Notes: generated by a model from the letters alone, not told the origin. 30,287 bases of DNA from Oligoflexia bacterium (GCA_043732485.1 JAYTHP010000150.1:1-30287); one strand, 5' to 3'. Shown: positions 8,588 to 17,403, counted from the first letter of the stretch. Made by a program: numbers and translations.

Positions 8588-9120
8588 TTAGCGCTTTGTT
8601 CGGTTTAATTGCCATTCTGGCAGCCTTTATTGCCACCTTTGAGCAGCAGATGCGGCGGGCGGTGCTGGCCTTATGGTTGTGTGGGATTGCCACGGGCTCC
8701 TTGTATTTGAGTCTCGGGGTAGAGTTTTTAGCCATTATCCAGTGGATTCTCTCCACCCTGGTGGCCATTTCTTTTATCCTGTTTGCCGTTATGTTTGGGG
8801 AATTTCAAACGGCAGGCGTGGAGGAGCGGGGGGAGCAAAAAAACCGGCTCCTTTTGCACCTGATTTTGGCGCTTGCGGTGGGTTTTGGCTTTTTGCTGAC
8901 CCTGGGGCTGGGGATGCAAGGGTTTTTGGAGCGTCCGTTGCCGCATAGCAGCGAATGGGGCGACTTGGCGGAGATTGGCAAAATGCTCTCTGCGCATTTG
9001 CTGGCGGTGGAGGTTTTAATCATTTTGCTCTTCTTGACGCTGGTGGGAGGCGGGGTGATTGCGCGTGGGCCTGTTGGGGGCGGTGGTCAAGCAGGAGAGA
9101 GGAAGGAGGACCTGCGGTGA
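8584..9120 (+). CDS. nuoJ: NuoJ-like membrane subunit (set 1)
   Basis: LYLSLGVEFLAIIQ...FAVMF and IGKML..HLLAVEV..ILL follow the NuoJ layout. GTGA overlap, located between nuoI and nuoK. Confidence 0.85.
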   Translation: MISALFGLIAILAAFIATFEQQMRRAVLALWLCGIATGSLYLSLGVEFLAIIQWILSTLVAISFILFAVMFGEFQTAGVEERGEQKNRLLLHLILALAVGFGFLLTLGLGMQGFLERPLPHSSEWGDLAEIGKMLSAHLLAVEVLIILLFLTLVGGGVIARGPVGGGGQAGERKEDLR

Positions 9121-9407
9121 TTTTGCTGGTTCCTATTCTTTTAGGGAGTCTCGGGCTGGTGTCGCTGTTTTCGCGCACCAGTATGATGGGAATTCTGATT
9201 GGCGTGCAGTTATTGATCCTTGGCACCTCGCAGATGTTCATCCTCACGGGGATGATTGCAGGCGAGCTTGCCAAAGGTGGGCTTTTAGGGTTTTGTATCG
9301 TCTTAGGTGGGGTGGCCCAGCTGGTGGTGGGTTACACCCTGAGTTTACGCTTGTTTCATTTGAAGCAATGCGTAAATCTCAGTGAAATACAGGAGCTGAA
9401 GAAATGA
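9117..9407 (+). CDS. nuoK: NuoK-like membrane subunit (set 1)
   Basis: 96 aa, three TM helices from GTG 9117 (GTGA overlap, AAGGAGGA SD). Aligns to NuoK with Gln at both conserved Glu positions. Confidence 0.82.
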   Translation: MILLVPILLGSLGLVSLFSRTSMMGILIGVQLLILGTSQMFILTGMIAGELAKGGLLGFCIVLGGVAQLVVGYTLSLRLFHLKQCVNLSEIQELKK

Positions 9408-11416
9408 CCCCTCAACTGATCGCCCTCTCCGACGACACCGGCGCGGTCCTACCTATGACCTCTTCTTGGTTGATGCTGGCTATTTTTTTTTTAGTGGCCT
9501 GTGGTCTCGTTGTGTTTGCCTCGGGGAAGAAGCTACCGCTGCGAGGTCTTTGGCTGTTGTGGTTGGCTTTAGTGCTGGTGGTGGCAGGCTCCGGGATGGA
9601 TTCGGGGCTATTTTTTGGTTTACCGAGCGTGACGAAAGCTTGGCTCGGGGAATGGATTTTGCCGCATGAGGAGTTAGGTGCGGTTAGTTTTGGGATCATT
9701 CATGACAAAATGAGCGAGGTGATGAGCGTACTCGTGGCGCTGATCACTGGGCTCTTGCTGCTGAAACACCCCAAATGGGCGCAAGCGGAGCACGCTTATA
9801 AAATTTACTCAGGCCTGGCGTTCTCAACAGCAGGGGTGATTTTAGCCTGGAATTCACTCACGCTGTGGATTGGCTTTGTGGGGGGAATTTTAACGCTGCT
9901 GGGCGGGGCGATTGCCCTGAGTTGCTCGGCTTGGCCCAGTGAGCAGAAGGATCTCACTTTACAGTTTATTTGGGAAAAAAGTGCGGGGTTTTTCTTTGCC
10001 TTTCTAGGAGCAGCGGTGCTGGCGGGTTCTAGGCCTGGGCTTTTTCTAACCCAAGCCTCGTCGTTGCCAATTTCTGAGGGCAACAGCAGCTTGCAGCCGC
10101 ATGCGACGGTCGCCTGGGTCGGCTCAAGCCTACTGGTTTTGGGTTTATTTTCGCAAGCGCAATCGTTCCCTTACTTAGGTTGGATGAACTATCAGTACTC
10201 CTTGTACTTGCCTGTCAGGGTCTTGCTCAGTCAGATTTTTCCCTTCTGGGCGGCTTTTGCCTTATTCTTGCGCTTCCAGCCGCAGCTGGTCACCTTGGGT
10301 TTTTTGCCGCCACTCAGTTGGTTTGCTCTTGGTTCAAGCCTGCTCACCTTAATTTCGGGGTTTTGCCAGCACTCCTGGCAACAGTCCTTTGGCGCTTTGC
10401 TCTCAGCCGGGTTTGCCCTCGTATTTGCGATCCTTGCTTCCGGTCAGCCGACCTCAGCTGGGCTGAGTTTGTTTTTGGGGATCAGCTTGGGTGGTTTGAC
10501 CTTTTTGCTGGCAGGCGAGGCGTTAGACGGCAGTCTTGAGGTGGCCGAAGCGGAGACGAAGTCGAGTCATCAGCGCACTAGCCTTTTTTTGAAGTTGGCT
10601 TGTGGCTTAGGCGTGGCTGCGATGACAGGGTTTTTCGGGTTCGTCTCAGCGCAAGGCGGCTTGGATTGGGTGGGGATGAAGGTGCATCAGCCGATTCAAA
10701 AAGTCTTCGTGCTCTTGGTTTTCTTTTTGTTCGTGGTGCTCGCGTGGCGTATTTTCTTTCAAATCAAACGGCTGCGCGCTCAGTCGCCTGCCCGTTTGTT
10801 GACTTTTGTCGCGCTGTTCATTTTACTGCTCCTCTCCAGCGGGCTGCTGTGGAGTGGCAGTCTCTCGGGAGGCGTTTTACTCAACCATCCTGATCAACTT
10901 TTTTCCCTCGGTCTGCACTCGCTCCTGGCGGGGCGCGCGGAGTGGAACGACTTTGATGATTACTTGTCGGCGTCGGGGCTCTACTGGGGGGTGATGTTGC
11001 TGGCTTTTTTAACCGCAGGGTGGACGTCCTCGGTGGCAGCTGAGAAGTGGGGGCGGGCCAACTCGTTTTTCCCCAAAGCCCGGCAATTCTTAAAGTCGGG
11101 CTACCAGATTCAGGAACTTTACGCCTGGGCGATGAAGGCTTTAATTGTGATGGGTCTCAGGTTAGAGTTTGTGGTTAGTACCAAGATCTGGGATCAGGGA
11201 ATGTCGCGTGGGTTATGGTTTTGTGTGAGTTCGGTGGCAAGCTCGGTGCAGCAGATCGATCAGTGGGTTTTTGAGTGTTTGGAGCTGCCGCTGGTCAAGG
11301 GGGTAGATCTTTCCTCCAAGCTGCTGCAGCTGATTCAAACGGGCGACGTGAGGTGGTATTTACTGTTCGGCCTCGGCGTGGGGTTTGGGTTACTGGCGCA
11401 TTTTTTAACGATTTGA
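9404..11416 (+). CDS. nuoL: Highly divergent NuoL-like antiporter-fold subunit (set 1)
   Basis: 670 aa multi-TM protein between nuoK and nuoM, with NuoL-type C-terminus LQLIQTGDVRWYLLF and W...FG..HD.MS N-terminal pattern. Core charged motifs are absent. Confidence 0.8.
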   Translation: MTPQLIALSDDTGAVLPMTSSWLMLAIFFLVACGLVVFASGKKLPLRGLWLLWLALVLVVAGSGMDSGLFFGLPSVTKAWLGEWILPHEELGAVSFGIIHDKMSEVMSVLVALITGLLLLKHPKWAQAEHAYKIYSGLAFSTAGVILAWNSLTLWIGFVGGILTLLGGAIALSCSAWPSEQKDLTLQFIWEKSAGFFFAFLGAAVLAGSRPGLFLTQASSLPISEGNSSLQPHATVAWVGSSLLVLGLFSQAQSFPYLGWMNYQYSLYLPVRVLLSQIFPFWAAFALFLRFQPQLVTLGFLPPLSWFALGSSLLTLISGFCQHSWQQSFGALLSAGFALVFAILASGQPTSAGLSLFLGISLGGLTFLLAGEALDGSLEVAEAETKSSHQRTSLFLKLACGLGVAAMTGFFGFVSAQGGLDWVGMKVHQPIQKVFVLLVFFLFVVLAWRIFFQIKRLRAQSPARLLTFVALFILLLLSSGLLWSGSLSGGVLLNHPDQLFSLGLHSLLAGRAEWNDFDDYLSASGLYWGVMLLAFLTAGWTSSVAAEKWGRANSFFPKARQFLKSGYQIQELYAWAMKALIVMGLRLEFVVSTKIWDQGMSRGLWFCVSSVASSVQQIDQWVFECLELPLVKGVDLSSKLLQLIQTGDVRWYLLFGLGVGFGLLAHFLTI

Positions 11417-11508
11417 TTTTGAGGGTCTGGTTTTAAGGACCTTGTTTTAAGGTTCTTATTTTAATAATCCAGAGAAAATTCGCCAGAGAAAATTTACCAG
11501 AGAAAATT
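11417..11508. repeat. Two adjacent 14-bp-period tandem repeat arrays in the nuoL-nuoM spacer
   Basis: ttttgagggtctgg/ttttaaggaccttg/ttttaaggttctta (11417-11458), then CCAGAGAAAATT at 11469, 11483 and 11497. Confidence 0.85.
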
Positions 11509-11526
11509 TAAAGGACAAGACGTTTC

Positions 11527-13032
11527 ATGACACACCACTGGATCAGCTTTATGGTCTTCACTCCGCTTCTGGGAGCCTTATTGCAATCTTTCTTCTCCTC
11601 AGCCAAAAGTCGCTGGATTGCCCTGGCCGCAAGCCTGCTGTCGAGCATCTTTGGCTTGGTGGCGGTCATGACCTTGCTGCCGCAAACGGCCGACCTGCAA
11701 CACCGCGAGTCGGTGCCGTGGGTGAGTGCTTATGCCATGAGCTATACCATGGGGATTGACGGGCTAAACGCCTTACTCGTGATTCTCATTGCCCTTTTGA
11801 TCCCGGTGCTGATTGGGGTGGAGTGGCGACAAAAAACGGCCATCCACGGCATGCACGGGCTATTTTTGGTCCTACAAACGGCGCTTTGCGGGGCAGTGTG
11901 TGCGCAAGACCTCTTTTTACAGTTTTTCTTCTGGAGCCTGAGCGCCTTGCCATTTTATTTTTTAGTCGGCATCTGGGGCGGGGCGGGGCGTGAGCGCGCC
12001 GCCTTACGCGCCATGGTGGTGAGCTCGGTGGGGCATGCCTTGATCTTCTCGGCGCTGGTGTTGATCTATTACTCAGTCGAGCCGCATTCTTTCTCTATCG
12101 AGGATCTAGCGGGCGGGAAGCTTGAGGGGAAGGTCTTTTTCTTCTTGAACCAAAGACTCTCCGTCTCCCAGGTGGCCTTTAGTTTGGTCAGCTTTGGGTT
12201 AGCCTTACGGGCCCCGATTTGGCCTTTTCATGGTGATTTTGTCGAAGTGGCGGGCGAGGCGCCACTTTCGGTTTTTGTGGCGCTGATTGCCGGAGTGGTG
12301 CCAGTGGCAATCGGTATTTTCATGCGCATTTGCTACTTCTTGTTTCCCGAGATTCTCAGTGAGTCCGCGAAAATTATCGTACTGATCGGAGTGATTAACC
12401 TGATTATGGGGGGGTTGGCTGCGGTGGCGCAAAAAAACCTGAGGGGCCTCCTCGCGTTTGTCTGCTTAAGCGAGGTGGGGTTTATCTTGATCGGGATGGG
12501 CTCGCTGTCGTCAGCAGGTGTGGTGGGTGCGGTGTACCAAACGCTTGTGATGGGGTTGAGTCTGGCGGGGTTTGGCCTGGTGGCGGGCATTATTTTGGAT
12601 CGCACCGGCAGCACTGATTTTTTAGATGCCAACAGCGATCGTCGCTTAGTCGGAGGATTGTCGCTGAAATGCCCCTACTTGGCGATGGTGGCAGGCGTGG
12701 TGGTGTTATCGCTCTTAGGTTTTCCGGGGTTTGCGGGTTTTGTCGGCCATGCCTTGTTGATTATCGGTAGCTCGGCTGTGCATCCAGCCACTGTGGTAGT
12801 TGCAGGAGGGGCATTTTTGCTGGCTTCTTACTACCTGTTTAAAATGTACCGGTTTATCTTTTTTGGTCCCCCTTTGCCTGCCAACTTGCGGGCTAGTGAT
12901 CTTGACTTGCGGGAGCGGGCGTATTTGTTCCCGCTCATGGTGGGGCTATTGTTTTTTGGCTTCTATCCCAAACCTTTGATTGAGTTGATGCGACCGACCA
13001 TCTTAACGCTGCTTTCTACCCTGAAACACTAG
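11527..13032 (+). CDS. nuoM: NuoM-like antiporter-fold subunit (set 1)
   Basis: MGIDGLN, QDLFL.FFFW...PFYFLVGIWGG, PIWPFH, EAP, PGFAGFVG, DLDLRE, GFYPKPL. Confidence 0.92.
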   Translation: MTHHWISFMVFTPLLGALLQSFFSSAKSRWIALAASLLSSIFGLVAVMTLLPQTADLQHRESVPWVSAYAMSYTMGIDGLNALLVILIALLIPVLIGVEWRQKTAIHGMHGLFLVLQTALCGAVCAQDLFLQFFFWSLSALPFYFLVGIWGGAGRERAALRAMVVSSVGHALIFSALVLIYYSVEPHSFSIEDLAGGKLEGKVFFFLNQRLSVSQVAFSLVSFGLALRAPIWPFHGDFVEVAGEAPLSVFVALIAGVVPVAIGIFMRICYFLFPEILSESAKIIVLIGVINLIMGGLAAVAQKNLRGLLAFVCLSEVGFILIGMGSLSSAGVVGAVYQTLVMGLSLAGFGLVAGIILDRTGSTDFLDANSDRRLVGGLSLKCPYLAMVAGVVVLSLLGFPGFAGFVGHALLIIGSSAVHPATVVVAGGAFLLASYYLFKMYRFIFFGPPLPANLRASDLDLRERAYLFPLMVGLLFFGFYPKPLIELMRPTILTLLSTLKH

Positions 13033-13183
13033 GATCTCATGACACTTTTGCAAACTCGCTGGATCACCCTGAGCATGACTGATACCCCACTGGGCCTAGA
13101 GGTAGGGGGGGGTATACCTTGAGGCGGGGTGACGCGCGCCTGGAACAACCGACCCCTTACTTTTTTTTCGCTGGTTTTTGCTT

Positions 13184-14659
13184 ATGAATGACGTCAGCTA
13201 TCTACTCCCCGAATTGGTCTTAGCGTTAACGCTTGCGGCAGTACTGTTAGGCGAGATCACCTATGTCGGTGAGCGGCTCAGGCTGGTCACCGCGGCCTCG
13301 ATTGTCGGGTTGCTGGTGGCGTTCCTTGAGACGATTTTTTCCTATCAGTATCCTGCCGGCTTGATCTTTGGTGGGGCACTGTCGTTTGATGGTTTTTCAT
13401 TGTTTTTTAAGCTGATTTTTATCCTGCTGGCCTTTTTTTCTATCATCTACATGAGCCGGACCCAGGAAATTGAGGTCGCACGCCGGGCGGAGTTTTGTTC
13501 CTTGATCCTGGCGGCAACGCTTGCCATGTGCCTGGTGGCCTCGGCCTCGGATGCCTTATTGATTTTCCTGAGCGTGCTGTTTTTAAATGTGATTTGCACT
13601 TTTTTGCTCGCCTTTGGGCGGGATTCTTGTGACTCGGTGGAAGCGGCGATTAAGTATTTTTGTTTTAGTGCCGTAGCAAGCGCGCTGCTGCTTTATGCGC
13701 TAGCCATCTTGTTTGGCACCACACGCTCACTCAATCTTTATGAGATGCACAAGGTGCTGGCCGTTACTCCGCTGGCACATTCAGCCAATTTGGTAGTTTT
13801 TGGCCTTATTTTTCTCGCGCTAGCCTTCCAGGTCGGCTCTTTTCCGATGTCGCTAGTGCTACCTGATGTCATCGAAGGCGCACCCACTCCAGTCTCGGCG
13901 TTCGTCAGTGTCGGTTCAAGGGCAGCCGGATTTGCCTTGATGATTCGAACCTTAATTGCGTTGTTTGCGCAAGCTGGGCCTGCCGATTCCTACCAGTGGC
14001 AAGTCATGGGGGATTTTGATTGGACCGTGATGCTTGAGATTGTCTCAGGGATCACTATGCTCTCGGGCGCTTTGCTCTCGGTGCGGCAAAAACGCGCCAA
14101 ACGGCTGATTGGTTGCCTGATTCTCGTAGAAACCGGCTATTTGTGGATGGGGGTTCTGGTGCTTGATCAAGTGGGGATTGCTGCCCTGCTTTATAACCTG
14201 GTGCTTGGGCTTTTTGCGCTGGTAGGCAGCTTTTTTGTGGTTTCACGCTTTTACCAGGAGTTCAAATCCGATCATCTCTCAGAGATGCGCGGCATGCTGC
14301 AGCGGGCGGTGCCCGAGTCGGTGTGTCTCATCTTGTTTCTGTTGTGCTTAACCGGCAGCGCCCCGACCCCAGGGTTTATTGGTAAATTTACCCTGATTGG
14401 CATTGCCGTGCAGCATCAAAAACTGATTCTTGCAGCCGTGGCCGTGCTTGCAAGCTTTATTTCGACTTTGTCGGTGGCGCGACTGACTTTTTACCTGATT
14501 GGCGATTTTAAGCAGATGGCAGGGGTGCCTAAGCTGAAGGTGACGCGAGGCGACCAGGTGTTTTTAGCGGCTCTCATGGTCCCACTCATTCTGCTTGGAC
14601 TGTTTTCTGATTGGGTGTTTGCGCTAGCCAATCGTAGTTTAGGGTTTATTTTCTGGTAG
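13184..14659 (+). CDS. nuoN: NuoN-like antiporter-fold subunit (set 1)
   Basis: LLPEL, EAAIKYF, PDVIEGAPTPVSAF, PTPGFIGKF. ATG 13184; ORF open from TTG 13178. Confidence 0.92.
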   Translation: MNDVSYLLPELVLALTLAAVLLGEITYVGERLRLVTAASIVGLLVAFLETIFSYQYPAGLIFGGALSFDGFSLFFKLIFILLAFFSIIYMSRTQEIEVARRAEFCSLILAATLAMCLVASASDALLIFLSVLFLNVICTFLLAFGRDSCDSVEAAIKYFCFSAVASALLLYALAILFGTTRSLNLYEMHKVLAVTPLAHSANLVVFGLIFLALAFQVGSFPMSLVLPDVIEGAPTPVSAFVSVGSRAAGFALMIRTLIALFAQAGPADSYQWQVMGDFDWTVMLEIVSGITMLSGALLSVRQKRAKRLIGCLILVETGYLWMGVLVLDQVGIAALLYNLVLGLFALVGSFFVVSRFYQEFKSDHLSEMRGMLQRAVPESVCLILFLLCLTGSAPTPGFIGKFTLIGIAVQHQKLILAAVAVLASFISTLSVARLTFYLIGDFKQMAGVPKLKVTRGDQVFLAALMVPLILLGLFSDWVFALANRSLGFIFW

Positions 14660-14698
14660 CATCCCCTGACAGTTCGAGTTAAGATAAAAGCTAACTCT

Positions 14699-15061
14699 AT
14701 GATGGCCTACCTCCCTGTTTTACTAATGATGATGATTGGAGCGATCGTAGGTGGGGTTGTGTTGGCATTGACCACCTTTTTAGGACGAGGCACCCCGCAC
14801 CCGCGTAAGAACATGCCTTTTGAGTGCGGCGTACCCTCGGTGGGCGACACCCATCATCCATTTTCGGTAAAGTTTTACCTGGTGGCCATTCTTTTTTTAC
14901 TGTTTGATGTCGGGGCGGTGTTTTTGTACCCGCTGGCGCTGGTTTTTCGGCGATACCTGGCGGTCAATCGCTTCATCCTACTAGAAATGGCGCTCTTTTT
15001 AACCGTATTTTGCTTAGGCTACCTCTACGTGCGCTCAAAAGAGGCTTTAGACTGGGAGTGA
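14699..15061 (+). CDS. nuoA: NADH:quinone oxidoreductase subunit A (set 2)
   Basis: KNMPFECG, FSVKFYLVAILFLLFDV, ALDWE. Confidence 0.96.
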   Translation: MMAYLPVLLMMMIGAIVGGVVLALTTFLGRGTPHPRKNMPFECGVPSVGDTHHPFSVKFYLVAILFLLFDVGAVFLYPLALVFRRYLAVNRFILLEMALFLTVFCLGYLYVRSKEALDWE

Positions 15062-15085
15062 AAAGATTGTAATGGGTCAAGACTA

Positions 15086-15586
15086 ATGGGAAAAGACGGC
15101 TTTTTTGAATTTTTTACCACGCGCTTGGAAACCCTGGTGAGTTGGGGACAAAAAAACTCGCTTTGGCCTCTGCCCTTTGGCACTAGTTGTTGTGGCATTG
15201 AGATGATGGCCACCCTTTGCTCGGATTACGACATGTCGCGGTTCGGGGCGGAGGTGGTGCGCTTTTCTCCTCGACAAAGTGACTTGTTGATTGTAGCAGG
15301 GGTGATTAGCTTGAAGATGGCGCCGGTGTTAAAGACGGTTTACGACCAGATGAGTGATCCCAAGTTTGTGATGTCGTTTGGGGCTTGTGCCTCCTCGGGT
15401 GGTATTTTCAAGGTTTATAGTGTTTTGCAAGGCATTGATACCATGATTCCCGTGGATATTTACGTCCCGGGTTGCCCACCCGCTCCGGAAGGGGTTTTGC
15501 ATGCGCTGTTGCAGTTGCAAGAGCAGGTGGCGCGCGGCGTGACGCACTCGCAGCGTAGAATAGCAGGAATTGCTTATGGATCTTAG
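15086..15586 (+). CDS. nuoB: NADH:quinone oxidoreductase subunit B (set 2)
   Basis: [37 protein letters not shown]. Confidence 0.97.
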   Translation: MGKDGFFEFFTTRLETLVSWGQKNSLWPLPFGTSCCGIEMMATLCSDYDMSRFGAEVVRFSPRQSDLLIVAGVISLKMAPVLKTVYDQMSDPKFVMSFGACASSGGIFKVYSVLQGIDTMIPVDIYVPGCPPAPEGVLHALLQLQEQVARGVTHSQRRIAGIAYGS

Positions 15587-16160
15587 AAGCTTAGGTGGGC
15601 ACGGCGTGGCTGAGCAGGCGGCAAAGTGCGCGGAACGCTGGGCGCAGCAAGTGGCACTCCTTAAGACGCGCTTTAGTGTAGACGAATTGCTGGAGGTGGA
15701 GTCTTTGCCTGTCCAGGCAACCGATGTGCTCAGCCTCCGGGTGGTCAAAGAGTGCTTACTTAAGCTGATGCAGGTACTCAAAACGGAAGCTTTGTTTGAG
15801 TACGCGGTGTTGTCTGATCTCACGGCTGTTGATCACCTGCCTGAGGTCCCCCGCTTTGAGGTGATTTATCACTTACTTTCCTTGAGTCAAAAGATGCGCA
15901 TGCGCGTCAGAGTGCGGGTAGGCGAGGGAGACAGTGTGCCGACTTTAAGTGGGATGTGGCCTGGGGCCAATTGGCTGGAGCGTGAGGTTTACGACATGTT
16001 TGGTGTGCCGTTTGCCGAGCATCCCGATTTACGGCGGATTTTGATGGATACGCGCTGGGTCGGGCACCCGCTGCGTAAGGATTATCCTCTCGCAGGCTTC
16101 CAGGTTTTCACAGAGCCGCTCCCTGGCGATCCGGGATTGCTGCAAGGTGAGCATGAGTAA
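15576..16160 (+). CDS. nuoC: NADH:quinone oxidoreductase subunit C (set 2)
   Basis: [38 protein letters not shown]. Confidence 0.96.
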   Translation: MDLRSLGGHGVAEQAAKCAERWAQQVALLKTRFSVDELLEVESLPVQATDVLSLRVVKECLLKLMQVLKTEALFEYAVLSDLTAVDHLPEVPRFEVIYHLLSLSQKMRMRVRVRVGEGDSVPTLSGMWPGANWLEREVYDMFGVPFAEHPDLRRILMDTRWVGHPLRKDYPLAGFQVFTEPLPGDPGLLQGEHE

Positions 16161-17403
16161 GGCGATAGCGCCAGAGGGCGCTCACGGCGGGTTGCCTGCT
16201 AGCTTTACGCTGAGCTCCGACCCGGATGAGTTATGGGGTGAGGCGCGGACGATTGTCAATATTGGCCCCACCCACCCGGCGATGCACGGAGCGCTGCGCA
16301 TGACGGCGAAATTGAACGGTGAGACGATTGAGAAGTCCTACTGCGAGTTTGGTTACACCCACCGCGCGAAAGAGAAGTTGGGGGAGAATCGCACCTACCA
16401 TAATTTTATCGTCTACACGGATCGCTTGAACTATTGCTCGGCTTTGGCCAACAACGTCGGGTACGTGCTGGCGGTTGAGAAGTTGCTGGGGATCGGGGTG
16501 CCTGAGCGCTGTCAGTGGATTCGCATGATTTGCTGTGAGTTGTCGCGCATCATGGATCACTTGATTTGTATTGGCATTAATGCGGTTGATTTAGGGGCTT
16601 TTTCCTACTTTTTGTATGGTTTTCATCAGCGGGAGGAGGCCTACACCTTAGTGGAGCAGTTGTGTGGCGCGAGATTGACCACCTCTTATCCGCGAGTAGG
16701 GGGCTTGGCGCACGACGCTCCCGAGGGTTTTGAAGCGGCCTTGAAGAAGTGGGTGCTTGAGACCAGGCGGGTGGTAGAAGAGATGGACGCCTTGCTGACG
16801 GATAACCGCATTTGGCGGCTTCGGACGGAAGGGGTGGGGGTCATCTCCAAGGAGCAGTGTTTAGCCTACGCGGTGAGTGGTCCGGTTGCCAGGGCTTCGG
16901 GAGTGGATTGGGATTTAAGGCGCGATGAGCCGTATTTGAATTACAAGCAAGTGGAGTTTGAAGTGCCGATTGCCCAGCACGGTGACGTGCTAGATCGTTA
17001 CTTGGTCAGGCTGGAAGAGATTCGCCAGTCGCTCAGAATCCTAAGCCAGTGTGCTGAACGGATGAAAAAGGGGCCGATCTGGATTGAAGATAAGCGGGTG
17101 CGGATTCCTGAGAAAAGCGCTGTGCATAATACGATGGAAGGGATGATCCATCATTTTAAGTTCTTTATGGAAGGTTTTTCGGTGCCAGCAGGCGAAGTTT
17201 ACTCGACGACGGAGGCTACCAACGGCGAGCTCGGGTTTTACATTGTCAGTCGCGGCGGTCCACGAGCGCATCGCATGCGGATTCGTGGGCCTTCGGTGTT
17301 CCATTATCAGATTTTAAGTCCGGTGGTGGAAGGCGAGAAGCTGGCTGATATGGTGGCAACGCTGGGGAGTTTAAATATCATTGCAGGCGAGCTGGATCGG
17401 TAA
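16153..17403 (+). CDS. nuoD: NADH:quinone oxidoreductase subunit D (set 2)
   Basis: NIGPTHPAMHGALR, YTDRLNY, AVDLGA, GSLNIIAGELDR; quinone-site triad intact. Confidence 0.97.
   Translation: MSKAIAPEGAHGGLPASFTLSSDPDELWGEARTIVNIGPTHPAMHGALRMTAKLNGETIEKSYCEFGYTHRAKEKLGENRTYHNFIVYTDRLNYCSALANNVGYVLAVEKLLGIGVPERCQWIRMICCELSRIMDHLICIGINAVDLGAFSYFLYGFHQREEAYTLVEQLCGARLTTSYPRVGGLAHDAPEGFEAALKKWVLETRRVVEEMDALLTDNRIWRLRTEGVGVISKEQCLAYAVSGPVARASGVDWDLRRDEPYLNYKQVEFEVPIAQHGDVLDRYLVRLEEIRQSLRILSQCAERMKKGPIWIEDKRVRIPEKSAVHNTMEGMIHHFKFFMEGFSVPAGEVYSTTEATNGELGFYIVSRGGPRAHRMRIRGPSVFHYQILSPVVEGEKLADMVATLGSLNIIAGELDR

Noticed and set aside
11417..11508. CRISPR array
   Set aside because: Repeats are 12-14 bp and tandem with no unique spacers, and no cas genes are present.
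13039..13122. 27-aa ORF with a G8 run between nuoM1 and nuoN1 (leader peptide or phase variation)
   Set aside because: No recognisable homology and no good SD. nuoN1 has its own normal N-terminus (LLPEL), and G runs are common throughout the window.
4287..14659. Set 1 as a decaying pseudo-operon
   Set aside because: No frameshifts or internal stops in 11 genes. Gene overlaps, SD sites, promoter and Fe-S cysteines are preserved, and substitutions are concentrated at catalytic positions. Not fully excluded without dN/dS.
14890..14930. FDVG instead of FDVE in set-2 NuoA as a sign that set 2 is also inactive
   Set aside because: The Asp is retained, and the other key catalytic residues checked in set 2 are intact.
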